The position numbers and the translations under genes were made by a program. Positions 1 through 45,749 of a stretch of 64,000 nt of DNA are shown in pieces. Numbering within the stretch: the first letter of the stretch is position 1; each line of letters opens with the position of its first letter. The notes beneath the pieces were generated by a model. It was not told where the DNA came from. It ran no database searches and worked only from the letters and a program-made list of their open reading frames with translations. Origin of the DNA: Lama guanicoe (Eukaryota); NCBI GenBank assembly GCA_013239625.1, contig MU054323.1:8855220-8919219 (forward strand). Reading direction: 5' to 3'.

Positions 1-45
1 AAACAAGGGGATTACTGCTGACCCTTGGATCAAACTCTGTTCCAG

Positions 46-3000
46 GCCTGGAAGCGTTGGTGCACACAAATCCTCTCTGCCCTAAGGTAAGTAGGATCTG
101 GTTAGTGTCTTTCCCATATTTATTCCTGATTTAGTTCCTCCAAACAGATTTCAGGGCACTACTCTGCTGTTCTTTTCTGCCTCTCCCTACTCTCTTTGAG
201 TCATATACTGTCAAGATTAGGCCCCTATGGGTCTTTTAAAGGGTTCATCCTAATGCCTTGACCACGATACTATCTCCCACCTCTTTCTCCTAGTGCTTAT
301 CCAGCTATTTAACTCCTCAGGCATAATGGAGATTCAGAGTGTGGGTATAATTTTTGTGGTACCAGCAGGAGACCAGGCCCTTGCTCCTCTTAACCCTTGG
401 GTTCCCCCTGCCCTTAATTTCCCAGTGGCCCCTCTAACAGCCCAGTGCCCCCACAGCTACCTGCACTCCTGTGACCCCCCCATCATCCATGGGAACCTGA
501 CCTGTGACACCATCTTCATCCAGCACAACGGACTCATCAAGATTGGCTCTGGTGAGGGGAGGGAGAGGTTCTGGGCAGGGGAGCCTCGGGAATTTGGGAA
601 CCATGGGGGTAAGATGAAAGGAATGGGGGAGAACAGAGCAAAATTCTGAGGTGTGGGCTGGTGATAAGAGAAAGGACCTTGTTAGGAGTAGTTCATAGGG
701 AGAGGCCCATCAATTAGTGGAGAATGGGTAGGGTCTAATCTTGTATCTTTTTGGAGGGAAACTTGGGTTAATACAGAGATCTTGATAGGAGGTTGGAAAA
801 GGGCAAGAGATGGGTGTAAGGTCTGACCTGAGCCCCTGGGGCCAGACCCTGCCAAAGGAGGTTCCAGGCTGTGCCTGCTGTGAGTGCTTTCATTTGCTGT
901 GTATATGTGTGCAGTGTTTAACATTTCTGTGTGCTGTGTCTGTATGTAGTTTGTGTGTCCATTTGTCTGGGGCTTGGCTGCTCCATCGCTCACAACTTTT
1001 CTCTGTTTTCCTCCCTCCCGCTTACGGGCTGCTCTGTTCCCAACAGTCTTTCATAGGATTTTTGCTAATGGTGAGAGCTCCCTCTGCCCCATTTGGGGCT
1101 GTGTTTGTGCTCCCCCTGCTCCTCTTTGCGGCTGCCCAGTGCATGCAGTCGTGGGAGCAAACCCTGTTCCCCTATCTCCCCTGCCTAATTGTGCCTGCTT
1201 GGCTTCTGCCCTACCAGCCCTCCACCTGCGTGCCCTTCCATAACTTGCTTGTTTCTTGTGGATTCTGCCTGGCTGGCTACTTACATCCTGAATTCTTATT
1301 CCCCACTCATCATCAGGCTGGTTCCCTAAGTCATACTGTGCTCCCAGACTCTCTGTGACTTGTAGCCATTGTTTATGATCTGAGTGAGTCCATATTGGGC
1401 CTGGCCCTGGTTCCTCGTTCAGTCCTGTGACAGGCAATGTTGAGGGATAAGAAGGTAGAGCAGGTGTCTAAAAATTTTGGTGCATTACAAGTGAAACTGC
1501 TTTGAGGGTATTGGTTCAATTTTGAGCTATTTTGAGTTTCAGTCAGCAAAGGTGGGTAAGAAGGAGGCTGTTGGCTTGGTTGTATGTTAATCCTTCTTTG
1601 TTTTCCAAGTTTCTGAGGTCTCTTAATTGTTCCAGATTAGGAAGGGATGCCAGTGTTTTGATGCTGTTTGCAGGGTGATGAAAGAACTAGATCAAACATT
1701 TTTATGTGATGAGGGATTAGATGTACCTGGGCTTTGGGGAAGGTAAGCAGGTCACAAGTGAAAGTTTTCCCTTAGACTGTGTCCCTTGCCTACCCCAAAC
1801 TCCCATGTACCTGTTAGTTCAATGTGGGGCCTTTGCTTCTACTGAGTTAGGGACCTCAGATGAGATGGGGTAGACCTGAGAAAGGGGAGGTACGTGGTGT
1901 TCATGTTTAGTCTGGAGTTCATGATGGGAAAAGGATAGATTTGTGCCTGTTGAGGGTTAGAGACTTCAGGAGAGGATTGGTCTTTTGAGGGCCTCTCTCT
2001 GGAGTGAGACTGTACTTTGTTGATGGTGGTCAGATTATGGGTATTTCCCCTACTCCCAGTGGCTCCTGACACTATCAACAATCATGTGAAGACTTGTCGG
2101 GAAGAGCAGAAGAATCTCCACTTCTTTGCACCAGAGTATGGAGGTGAGGCATCCCAGTTTCTCTGCCCTGCGCCCATCCCTCAAGTTTTCTGCCTTATAA
2201 CCTGAGAGACAGAGGTAACATAACTGAAACTTCTGTCCTTCTTTACTGGCATACAAAAAGTTTTAAGACATTTCTGCCATCCCCTGCCCCAATCTCTCTG
2301 ATTTCACCAAAGCTTTTCTGTTTTTCCTAGAAGTCACTAACGTGACAACGGCAGTAGACATCTACTCCTTTGGCATGTGTGCACTGGAGGTGAGGAGACC
2401 AGAAGGGTGGGTGGTGGAAAGGGGTCAGATTAGATGATGAAAGGGGAAGTGCAGGGTTGACAAGAAGGGTACTGGTCTTGAGGGAGTGATTGAAGTTTTT
2501 AGGTCTAAATTTTTCCTTTTTATTCTGCCTTATTGCAGATGGCAGTGCTAGAGATTCAGGGCAATGGAGAGTCCTCATACGTGCCACAGGAAGCCATCAG
2601 CAGTGCCATCCAGCTTCTAGAAGACCCATTACAGAGGGTGAGAATTTTCAGGATAACTCCCTCCTTAACAGACTTTGAAATGTCTTCAGGTTTTTCTTCC
2701 TTCCACCTACTGGGAATATGCTGTCTTTTAAGAGCAAGAGAATATAAAGCAAAAAGGACAAGCAAAGCAGTGAACATTTCCCTAGGTGTTTTGTGTGTAC
2801 ACACACACACATACACACACAGGTTAGTGGTTTAAGAAGAGTAACATTGGGATTAAAGGTTGTGTGTTAATTTAGGTGTGTCTACATGAATGCAAACTAC
2901 TTTGATGGTTACATCAGGTAGTAGGTATACACTCTCAGACAACCATGTTGACAGTTTTAAACAAACCAATCAGTTTGAACTAATCAAAGCAGTCATTTAG

Positions 3001-5483
3001 GGTTTTATATTTATATAGTGTTAGTTAGGGAGAGTGCCCTGAAATAAATGAGCTAAGATTTAAAAGATACAAGGGTTATGAATCAGGAAACAGACTTTAG
3101 TAAGTAGAGTCTGGACAGAAAGACCCAAACAAGGATAGTTTGTAACTCATTAGTTGTAAAAGGGAGCAGGAGAGAAAAGAAGGCAGACTAGTAGGAAGTC
3201 TTGTGGCTAGTTCAATGTCAGGGTGGGATGTTCAAGTGAAACATTAGGTGTATGGCCTTGTTGGCCTTCCAGATTGAAAGAGGAAACAGGTTAATTGTTA
3301 TAGGACCTATGGGAGGTGGTAGAAAAGCGAGGGTTAGAAGAAGCATGGGGAAATCCAGTGAACTGAAGTGATGTAGCAGACAAAGGAAATTGTGGTAGTG
3401 GGCTTGGGAAATAAAAAGATGATGAATATTATTGACCACAGTGGGTGAGTTTTGGAAGAGAGAAGTGAATTTGGTCAGGGTTGGAAAAGAAGGTAAGCAG
3501 TGAGTGGGCTAATAAAGCAGAGAGAGAGATTGGTAAAGAAAAGAGCAAGCTGTGGTTGAGGAGTAGAAAAATTATTAAAACCAGAAAGACAGTGAATGAT
3601 ACCTTTCATATAATACCTTATAGTTTTCAAAGCCCTCTCAAATAGTCTTCCACTGGATACAGTGACAGATAAAGTTGAACACAGTGGGGTGCTTTCCAGA
3701 TGCCTGCTCCACTTCCTTGTTCCTTTTTCTAGGAGTTCATTCAAAAGTGCCTGCAGTCTGAGCCTGCTCGCAGACCAACAGCCAGAGAACTTCTGTTCCA
3801 CCCAGCACTGTTTGAAGTGCCCTCGCTCAAACTCCTTGCTGCCCACTGCATTGTGGGACACCAGCGTGAGTCCTCTTGACCCTCCTAGGAATTTTTTTCC
3901 ACTCTGGAGCCTTGTAACTATCACTGGCATGTTCTCTTCCCTCTTCTGCTTCCAAATAGGCCCCAACCTAACTCCCCACTCCCCCCAGGACCCTTCTGCC
4001 TTCTGTGAGATTAGTCTGAGCTGTTCTTCTATAACTTCCCCTTCCATCATACCCTCCAGACATGATCCCAGAGAATGCTCTGGAGGAAATCACCAAAAAC
4101 ATGGATACCAGTGCCGTACTGGCTGAAATCCCTGGAGGACCAGGAAGAGAACCAGTTCAGACTTTGTGAGTAACTAACTGAGAGGTTTTGAGATTGGTTA
4201 CCACTACCCTGAGGTTTCTGTCAACTGTCCATTCTTTGGGAGTGGTTGAGACTGCTCTTTTGCTTGTTTCCTTCCTTCCATCTTCTTTGTTTTCTTCTCC
4301 AGGTACTCTCAGTCACCAGCCCTGGAATTGGATAAATTCCTTGAAGATGTCAGGTGAGAGAAGAATAAGGAAAAAGAGCTTCCTTGAGGAAGCAGTGGTG
4401 GGTGTCCTAAAGGATTCACAGAGCCAGTCTGACCTGTCTCTCTGTAGGAATGGGATCTACCCCCTGACAGCCTTTGGGCTGCCGCGGCCCCAGCAGCCGC
4501 AGCAGGAGGAGGTGACATCACCTGTGGTACCTCCGTCTGTCAAGACGCCAACACCTGAACCCGCTGAGGTGGAGACCCGCAAGGTGGGGCTGTGGGTGTA
4601 GGTGTCTCTGTGGTCCTGGTGGAAGGGAGGGAGGGCATTTCAAATAAGGCTTTGTTCTTTAGAGAAAATGTGTTTCTGCTCCTTGGCATCCAGGTCCTGT
4701 GGGCTGAAAAGGCTTCCAGCTCTTGTGGGATTTTTACTCACTGGTCCTTACTCTACTGACCCTCTCGGTCCCCTCTACCTAGGTGGTGCTGATGCAGTGC
4801 AACATTGAGTCGGTGGAGGAGGGAGTCAAACACCACGTAAGACTCAGGGCCAGGGCTGCGTAGGGCTGGGTGGCCAGAGGGTGGGGAAGAGGGGCCTCAC
4901 TTTCTGACTGTCCTATTCTCCAGCTGACGCTTCTGCTGAAGCTGGAGGACAAACTGAACCGGCACCTGAGCTGTGACCTGATGCCAAGTGAGTCTCTCCT
5001 TTCCCTTGGAGGATGGAGAGTCTGTGAGCCTTAAGTGTGAGGGACATATTCAGGGGTGGGGAAGGTGACAGTGCAGTAACACATTGACTGGTAGAATGAA
5101 TATCTTAGCCCCTAAAATTGGAGGGTGAATCTCTTTTGCTTGTATCATTCTTTCCCAGCCAGGGTCACCTGACTGGGGCTATGCGAAGTGCTCTGTGCCC
5201 CTCTGCTCCGCACTGTGCTCACCCTCTCCTGTTTCTCTGTCAGATGAGAACATCCCCGAGTTGGCGGCTGAGCTGGTGCAGCTGGGCTTCATTAGTGAGG
5301 TGAGGTTTCTGCCTTCAGCTGCTCTGGCTGGCTGTCCCCTCCTCCCCGCCCCCATCTCACTGAGCTCTTCTCCTCTAGGCTGACCAGAGCCGGCTGACTT
5401 CTCTGCTAGAAGAGACCCTGAACAAATTCAATTTTGCCAGAAACAGCACCCTCAACTCAGCCGCTGTCACCGTCTCCTCTTAG
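46..5483 (+). CDS. NRBP1: Nuclear receptor-binding protein 1 (pseudokinase), 3' part of gene; 5' exons lie upstream of the window
   Basis: GT-AG exons that splice in frame: 46-86, 457-551, (1047-1070 optional), 2060-2143, 2331-2389, 2539-2637, 3733-3865, 4060-4165, 4303-4353, 4448-4583, 4783-4836, 4924-4987, 5244-5299, 5379-5483 (TAG). Peptides [45 protein letters not shown] and [14 protein letters not shown] match NRBP1. Confidence 0.97.
1047..1070 (+). CDS. NRBP1: 24-nt alternative microexon of NRBP1 (adds FHRIFANV)
   Basis: ctgttcccaacag|TCTTTCATAGGATTTTTGCTAATG|gtgaga; phase 1-1 and frame-preserving between exons 457-551 and 2060-2143. Confidence 0.8.
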
Positions 5484-5910
5484 AGCTCACTCGGGCCAGG
5501 CCCCTAATCTGAGCTGTGGCTGTCACTAGATGTGCTACAGCCTTCCTGCCCCTTCCCCCCAGTCAGTATTACCCTGTGAAGCCCCTCTCTCCTTTATTAT
5601 TCAGGAGGGCTTTGGGGCTCCCTGGTTCTGAGCATCACCCTCTCTACCCCTTCCCCCTCTCTTTCATCCCTCTGCACTTTGTTTACTTGTTTTGCACAGA
5701 CGTGGGCCTGGGCCTTCTCAGCAGCCGCCTTCTAGCTGGGGGCTAGTAGCTGACCTGCTGGTTCCCGCCCAGCCTGTGTGGGAAGGAAGCCCACGGGCAC
5801 CGGGGGAGCTGAATTCTACAATCCCGCTGGGGCGGACGGGGCGGGAGAGAAGGGTGGTGCTGCAGTGGTGGCCCTGGGGGGGCCATTCGATTCGCCTCAG
5901 TTGCTGCTGT

Positions 5911-5916
5911 AATAAA
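5911..5916 (+). terminator. NRBP1 polyadenylation signal
   Basis: AATAAA about 430 nt after the stop codon, followed by a GT-rich element gtgtgtgtttgt at about 5941. Confidence 0.85.
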
Positions 5917-5954
5917 AGTCTACTTTTTGCTACGAGCATCGTGTGTGTTTGTCT

Positions 5955-6510
5955 TCCCCGCTAGGGGGCGCGGGCGCGGAGCCACGCCCGGGCGCGGAGG
6001 TTGGGCCTGCAGGTGCGCTCGGGCGGGCGGAACTGGCCGCGAGGGCGAGGGCGGGGCCAGGGACCAGGTAGAGCTGCCCCGCGGCGAGGCGCTGAGGGAC
6101 CGGATGAAGTGCCGCCGCCTCTGCAGTTTCGGTAATTTCCGGCCCTTTCGGTCGCGTTCTTCCCCGCGCCCACCCTCGACCCTTCCTATGGCCCCTGGCC
6201 AAGTCGAGACGGCCGCCAGGGGCCTCCCGGCTTCTGTCCCGGCTCAGGCCTGCCCCTCCCCCGTGCTTTGCAGACGCAGCCCGGGGCCCCGGGCGGCTTA
6301 TGCGCGTGGGGCTTGCGCTGATCCTGGTGGGCCACGTGAACTTGCTGTTGGGGGCCGTGCTGCACGGTACTGTCCTGCGGCACGTGGCCAATCCCCGCGG
6401 CGCCGTCACCCCGGAGTACACCACCGCCAATGTCATCTCCGTGGGGTCCGGCCTGCTGGTGAGCACTGGGAGCCAGGGCGGGGCCTGGGCGGGCGGGCGG
6501 GGCGGGAGAG
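5955..6510. promoter_or_regulatory. CpG island / KRTCAP3 promoter with GC boxes and CTCF-like motif
   Basis: Dense CpG, multiple GGGCGG boxes, CCGCTAGGGGGCGC at 5958-5971. Confidence 0.8.
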
Positions 6511-7449
6511 CTGTGGGGGGCTCAGGTTTTGTGTTTTCCAGAGTGTTTCCGTGGGACTTGTGAGCCTCTTGGCATCTAAGAACCTACTTCGCCCACGACT
6601 GGTAAGGGGACTTCTGGAGCTTTAATGAGGAAGCCTAGAGTCAGGGAAATGGGGGCTGACAGCTTCATCTCTTAAGTGGGAGGAGGAGCCGCAAACGGAG
6701 AAACCCAGGTGTCTCATCAGGCGGAGAATCAGCCACCCCAGGCACTCATCCTGATTTTCTGCCCCTACCAGCACTGGGTCCTGCTGGCACTAGCTCTGGT
6801 GAACCTTCTCTTGTCTGCTGCCTGCTCCCTGGGCCTCCTCCTCGCTGTGTCACTCACTGTGGCCAATGGTGGCCGCCGTCTTATTGCTGACTGCCATCCA
6901 GGACTGCTGAATCCTTTGCTACCACTGGACCAGGGGCCTGGACACACTGACTGCCCTTTTGATCCCACAAGAATCTATGTGAGTCCAGTCTATTCCCAGC
7001 CTTTCTGCAGTCCACAAGGTCCTGGTCCTGCTCTTTAACGGCCCCTGGTTGCCACTCCTACCCTGCTCCCTCTAGTCTCCCACTTCCTCTTTGCCTTTTA
7101 GGATACAGCCTTGGCTCTCTGGATCCCTTCTTTGCTCATGTCTGCAGCAGAGGCTGCTCTGTCTGGTTATTGCTGTGTGGCTGCACTCACCCTACGTGGG
7201 GTTGGGCCCTGCAAGAAGGAAGGGCTACAGGGGCAGGTAAGGAAGATGAATACGAAGAGTTCATTCAACACAGACTGTGTTTGAAAAGATGCTGAATTAT
7301 AATTCAGGGCCAGAGTACTAACTCCACATCCTCTTCTGTAGCTGGAGGAACTGACAGAGCTTGAACTTCCTAAATGTAAAAGGCAGGAAAATGAGCAGCT
7401 ACTGGATCAAAATGAAGAAATCCAGACATCACAGAAAAGTTGGGCTTAA
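6104..7449 (+). CDS. KRTCAP3: Keratinocyte-associated protein 3 (multi-pass membrane protein), 240 aa
   Basis: Exons 6104-6131, 6274-6458, 6542-6601, 6772-6978, 7102-7236, 7342-7449 sum to 723 nt. Peptide [41 protein letters not shown]...QKSWA*. Confidence 0.95.
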
Positions 7450-7643
7450 GGACAGGTAATAGGCCAGGAGGACTGTGGCCTGAGAAAGGGTGGCAGCAGG
7501 GACCACTCCTAGAACTGGGTGAAGTCCTTTGCTGTACTGCTTGCCCTCTGACGCAGGCTCTCCCTTCTATAAAGCAGGTGCTGACCTGGAGGCTCAGTCC
7601 ACAAGGGTTTTTCACTCACTTCTAGGATGATATAAACAGTTGT

Positions 7644-7649
7644 AATAAA
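7644..7649 (+). terminator. KRTCAP3 polyadenylation signal
   Basis: AATAAA in a probable non-coding last exon starting 7578 (intron gtaata 7456 to gcag 7577). Confidence 0.75.
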
Positions 7650-7759
7650 AGAACTTTTTCCTCTACCTGATAATGATTCCTTTTGGGGGAAAGGGGTGCT
7701 GGGCTGGTGTTGGGGGGTGACTTGATGAAAAAAACAGTGGCCTCAGTTACTTACAAGAC

Positions 7760-7765
7760 TTTAAT
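7760..7765 (-). terminator. Probable IFT172 polyadenylation signal (ATTAAA)
   Basis: tttaat on + strand, about 30 nt past the IFT172 stop. Confidence 0.6.
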
Positions 7766-7793
7766 GAGGGACAGAACCTATTAACTCTACCAG

Positions 7794-41117
<33,324 letters not shown>

Positions 41118-43093
41118 GACGAACACCTGTCTCTCAGATGCCACCAGACAGCGACAACTCCCGTGGTTACCTGGACAACCCGCCACGCAGCTGCAGCGAC
41201 AGCCGCTGACGCCAATGCTACCGGAGCTCAACAAGCGTCGCAAGGTCACCACGTAGCTTCGCGGCGAAGCAAACAGAACGTGCGCAGGCGCCGTGAGATC
41301 TAGGGCGGGACCCTGAGAGGGCGTGATGAATCCTCTCCTCTACCAATCCCGTCGCGGCATGCAAACCCAAACTCAAGCCACGCCCACAAGCCTCCCGCAA
41401 ACTCCGGTCCTACGTAATCGAAGTCTCTCGCTCTTTGATGTACGTAAGTGTGGTGGAGTGCATACTTTTAATCCTCACAACCCTGGAAGAAAGCAGGGCA
41501 GTTGCTATTATAGGCCATTTCCATTTGATGAATTGAACCCACATAGGTTATATAACTTGCAATGGGATCACAAGGCTGATAATGATAGCTAACAGGGAAT
41601 ACTGAGTATGTGTCTGCCAGGTACAGTACAAATTGTTGTACACGTATTATATCTCATTTAAATCTCAAAGCTACCTTTTGAAAGAGATAGCATTCTTAGT
41701 CCTATTTTACATAACAGGAGACTCAGGATTAGAGGGGTCTCTTGCCTAAACTAACACAAATGCGTAAAGGACAGAACCGCAACTCAACCTAGAGCTGGTA
41801 TTTAAACAGCATTTATATTCCTTCTGAATTTTTAGCTCCCTATCTCTCTGCCATGCTACTATATATCCTGTGACACTCCCATCCCCAGAAATGATGATGT
41901 GTCCAGAGTCTGAGAGATGAGTGCTTTGGAACCAGTGGCCAGAGAGAGGTAAGTTACCTTACTTCTGAATTGGGTAACGGTGGGTTAAAGACTACTGCTT
42001 AGATCAGGATGCTTTTATGGTTCAGGGCAGAGGGCAAACCAGACCTTGGCTCACCTGATAGGTTAAGTCTTGTGATAATGGAGACTGGAGCTTGGTTAAG
42101 TAGAAAAGATACTGACTTCTTGATCTTCGTTTGGATTGGGGTCCCCTTCAGAATTATTGGTCTAATTTCTTACAACATAGCAGAGAGATCAAGATGCAGA
42201 AAAGGAGAGTTATTTATAAGCCTCCTCTGGAAGGATCATACATTGAGAAGACTGTAACCCTTCAGACAGTGTAGCATATGCTATCCAGACAGATTCTTGT
42301 TTCTGATGCCTTTCCTCCATAGTGGTTGCAAAAGTCAACAAGTATTTCTCTCACTGGCACCAACCCCCCTTGGAACTTAGGAAAAAGTAGAGGACAGTCC
42401 CTATCTTCACAGAAACAAGTAGGCTCCAGAGCCCAAATTATAATTCTTTTGACAGGAGAGTTCCAACCCCAGTTTTATTTCCAGAATCCTCCTCAGGATA
42501 TAGTGGCAGATAGTGAATATAAACTCATTTATACTTTACAATTATTATTGACTTTGACTGAATGAACAGAGAGACAAACAGACAAAAGGGAAAGTAAGGG
42601 CAGGGAAGAAGAGGCACAGGAATGCACAGGAAAGGAGCACTTGGCACCCAGGGATCCATTAGTATAACTGCTCTTTCATTTGTCCCAAGACACTGTTCAG
42701 TCCTTTTCTGAAAATTAGCTCAGGGTTGATGAAGTCAGAGGGATAAATGGTGAGGAGCTGGGCTGCTGATGTGGGCAGTGAAGATAAAAAGGCTACTGAC
42801 CCTCTCATGTGACATAATCTTAATTTCCACTGGTGCAGGAAGAATTTATATTCTCTTTTTTCCCTTCTCCCCTTTCTCACCCATCAAAGCAAAAGGAACT
42901 AGGACTCTAGATTTCTATGCTCCTTTCTGGCCCGTCTCTACCCATTCCAGGCAAACACCTTAGAATAAGAGTTTGCTCTTGTACAGTTGGTGTTGGTGTG
43001 AGGGGCAGTTGTAGTCAAGGGAGAGACAGTGGAGAAATGTCTTCAGCATACTATACGTATACCATAGAGTCAGCTCCAGTTTGTCCAAGAAAC

Positions 43094-43099
43094 TTTATT
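43094..43099 (-). terminator. FNDC4 polyadenylation signal
   Basis: tttatt on + strand (AATAAA on -). A second candidate lies at 43232-43237. Confidence 0.65.
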
Positions 43100-43653
43100 G
43101 GAAAAATGTCCAAGGGGTGAGATCACCAGCAGCTGGAAAGGCTGCCAGGTGAGAGGGGGAGCACCTGAGGCTCCATGGAAGACATTGGAGTAGTGCAGTG
43201 CAGCATCTGCCTCCAGGCCCAGACAATTCCTTTTATTTGCTGGGGGAGGGGGAGTACCCACAGAAACACTCCTCTCTGAGACCCAGAGGCAAGATGTAGG
43301 GGCAGCTGGGGATGCTGAGAGTCCTGATGCAGGTGAAATGAGGGCCCCATTTGGGACCTAATGGGATAAAGTTAAACAAGTGACTCTCCCCTGGACCTGG
43401 GGGATGGAAGGACATATCCCACCTGATGTCCACTCCCCAGGTCCAGGGGCACAGACCCTGACAGACCTACCTTCTGGCCCTGCTCACAGTGCAAAGAGGA
43501 TGGATACCAGGCCTGAGATTGTGGGAGTGTCATTACCCTCTGGGAGATTGTGGGATCCTTCAGTCTTGGGTAGATCACCATCTTAGGCTCTCCCTGACCC
43601 CATTCCCATCCCCAGGTTGTTAGTGCATCTGTCTTCTGGTTCTGTTTCTTCAC

Positions 43654-45669
43654 TCATACGTCGATGGTGTTAATAGATGGTGACTTTTTCTGCAAAAAAA
43701 AAAAAAAAACAACAACAACAAAAGATGGCTTGAGTCTATAATTTCAGGAAGGTGATAGCCTCCTCCATCCAGAATTTCTGTTCTCCCTCTTTCCTGCCCT
43801 TCTGTGCCCTTCTCCCTTTCCCTTGCTGCTCCTAGAGGCCAAATCACCCCTCCCTCCCTCACTGGCCCCACATCACCTGTCTTGTCCCCACTGGCCTCCC
43901 CTGAGGACTGTGTTCCGGCCCCTTCCCCTTCTCCTTGGGGTTGTTGTTGGAGTCGTTGTCCTTGATGATGTCATACTGACGGCAGAATAGCCCAATCACA
44001 GCTGAAACACAACAGTACAATCCGAGCCTTGATCTTGACCTCCCCACTCACAGCCTCCAAAGGCAGTGAGATACCCATGCAGATTCTAGAAAATCTGCAA
44101 AGAAAATCTTTGAATTCCTGGTGCTCATGCACAAGCACCCCCTCTTCATCATCCTCTCTGGGCTCCCAACAGCCTCCTCTCCCTTTCTTCAAACCTTTCC
44201 TGCTCATCCCCCTCAACTAAACATCTCCCCAGGCCACTGCTCTCACCCCCTTTTCTTCTGACAACCTTCACCACCTCCCTCTCTCACAGAGCCCCACTCC
44301 CTCAATCCCTGGCCCCCCACCAGGTGCTTACTCACCAGCCCACATGAGCAACACGACCACAATGATGACCACTTCTCCTGTCTGCAGTGGTCGCTCTCCG
44401 TCCAGACCCTCAACTGTGATGTCACCTGAGAAGGAAGGAGACAGACCCCAGGTTATGGAGAGCAGCTAGAGAGCTATGTCTATGCAGACAGTTAAGGATG
44501 GAGATGCGGGGAATTAGAGTTACAGTTGACCCATCACAGTGTCGCCCTGGGGTAGCCCCTCTCTGGGAAGCTGTTGGTGGACAAGTGGTTAGAGACCAGA
44601 AAGCAGGAGGGCTGCAGGACAGGTACTCAATCATGCAGGCTGCAGCTGCTCTGAACTGAGGCTGTGTAAAAGGAAGCTTAAAAGCCCTTCCTCCAATTTG
44701 TTACCAGCCTGTCTATACCCAGTCCCTTGCCAACCTGCTTCCCTTCCTTTCCTGGCAGTACAATGAATTAAATCATCCTTCTATTCATCTAAGCTAGACT
44801 GCTTCTTGCTTTGGGGAAGTAAACAAGAGACTAAAGACCAGGTAAATAACCAGAGAATCCAAAGCTTTCAGGAGTGAGGAATAACTGAGACTCTCACCTG
44901 GGCTTGAGCTGTTTGAGGGTAGCCGGTCAGAACCCTTGAGAGTTCGGAAGTGCACCCGGGGCCCTGGGGGGCTTTCTCCTCGAAGGCCGATGCTTCTGAC
45001 CTGCACTGTGTAGTCACTGTCTTCAGCCAGGCCCCAGAGGGCACAGGCCCGAGTGGTGGTGTTTACCTCCCGGATCACACGTTGCCCAGGGCCATTCTGT
45101 CGCTGCAGGGAGATGAGAGCAGAGGGCAGTCTCACTCTGGTCCCGGGCCACAAGGCTCAACCCAGGACTCTTGAATATCTAAGCCCTCCAAGGAAGTTGG
45201 GTGAAAAGGGCAGCTTGAGCCAGGGAACCCAACTCCCAGATTCTCCCTTGGCTGGGAGGGGAGCATGGAAGGGGTAGGGGAGGTAACCCGAGGAATGTTC
45301 TGAGATCCAAGGACACAAGTTGGGGGAGCAGAAGGGTGATTCATACTTGCTGGGAAATGGAGTAGCCAATGACGATGTTGCCTTCTGGGACGTCCCAGGA
45401 CACAGTAGCCGAGTTGGCTCTGAGGTGAGTGACTGTCACATTCACAGGAGATGGAGGCCGGTCTGTGGGTGCCAGTGTGTTAACAAGTTAACAGGTTCCA
45501 CCCACGGACTAGCTCTGGGACAACCCGCACCTCTCCCCGTTTACTCACCTGCTCGCACAAAGCCCAGGTCACAGCTGACCAGCAGGAGGACCGTGGGGCT
45601 TAGATATGGGGAGAGGGGCATCAGTGAAGCCATGGTCCCCACCGAGTCCGCTGGGAGGCACTGAGGCAT
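43654..45669 (-). CDS. FNDC4: Fibronectin type III domain-containing protein 4 (230 aa from first in-frame ATG, 218 aa from ATG at 45633)
   Basis: Coding exons 45549-45669, 45347-45462, 44898-45102, 44336-44425, 43877-44001, 43654-43689 sum to 693 nt. Peptide MASLMPLSPYLSPTVLLLVSCDLGFVRADRPPSPVNVTV...KKSPSINTIDV*. Probable non-coding exon 1 ends at 45867 (gag|gtgggt). Confidence 0.96.
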
Positions 45670-45749
45670 CCGTTTGACATCCAGGCGGGGCTCCTGGAGG
45701 TGGCAGGAGTTGTGGGGGGTCAAGGACTAGCCATAACGCACTGGTGGTA

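Noticed and set aside
810..1358. 182-aa hydrophobic ORF in an NRBP1 intron
   Set aside because: TG/pyrimidine-rich intron around the microexon; the plausible coding part is 24 nt in a different frame.
5927..6625. 232-aa and 178-aa overlapping ORFs
   Set aside because: Stop-poor CpG island sequence spanning KRTCAP3 exons 1-3; low-complexity Arg/Pro/Gly translation.
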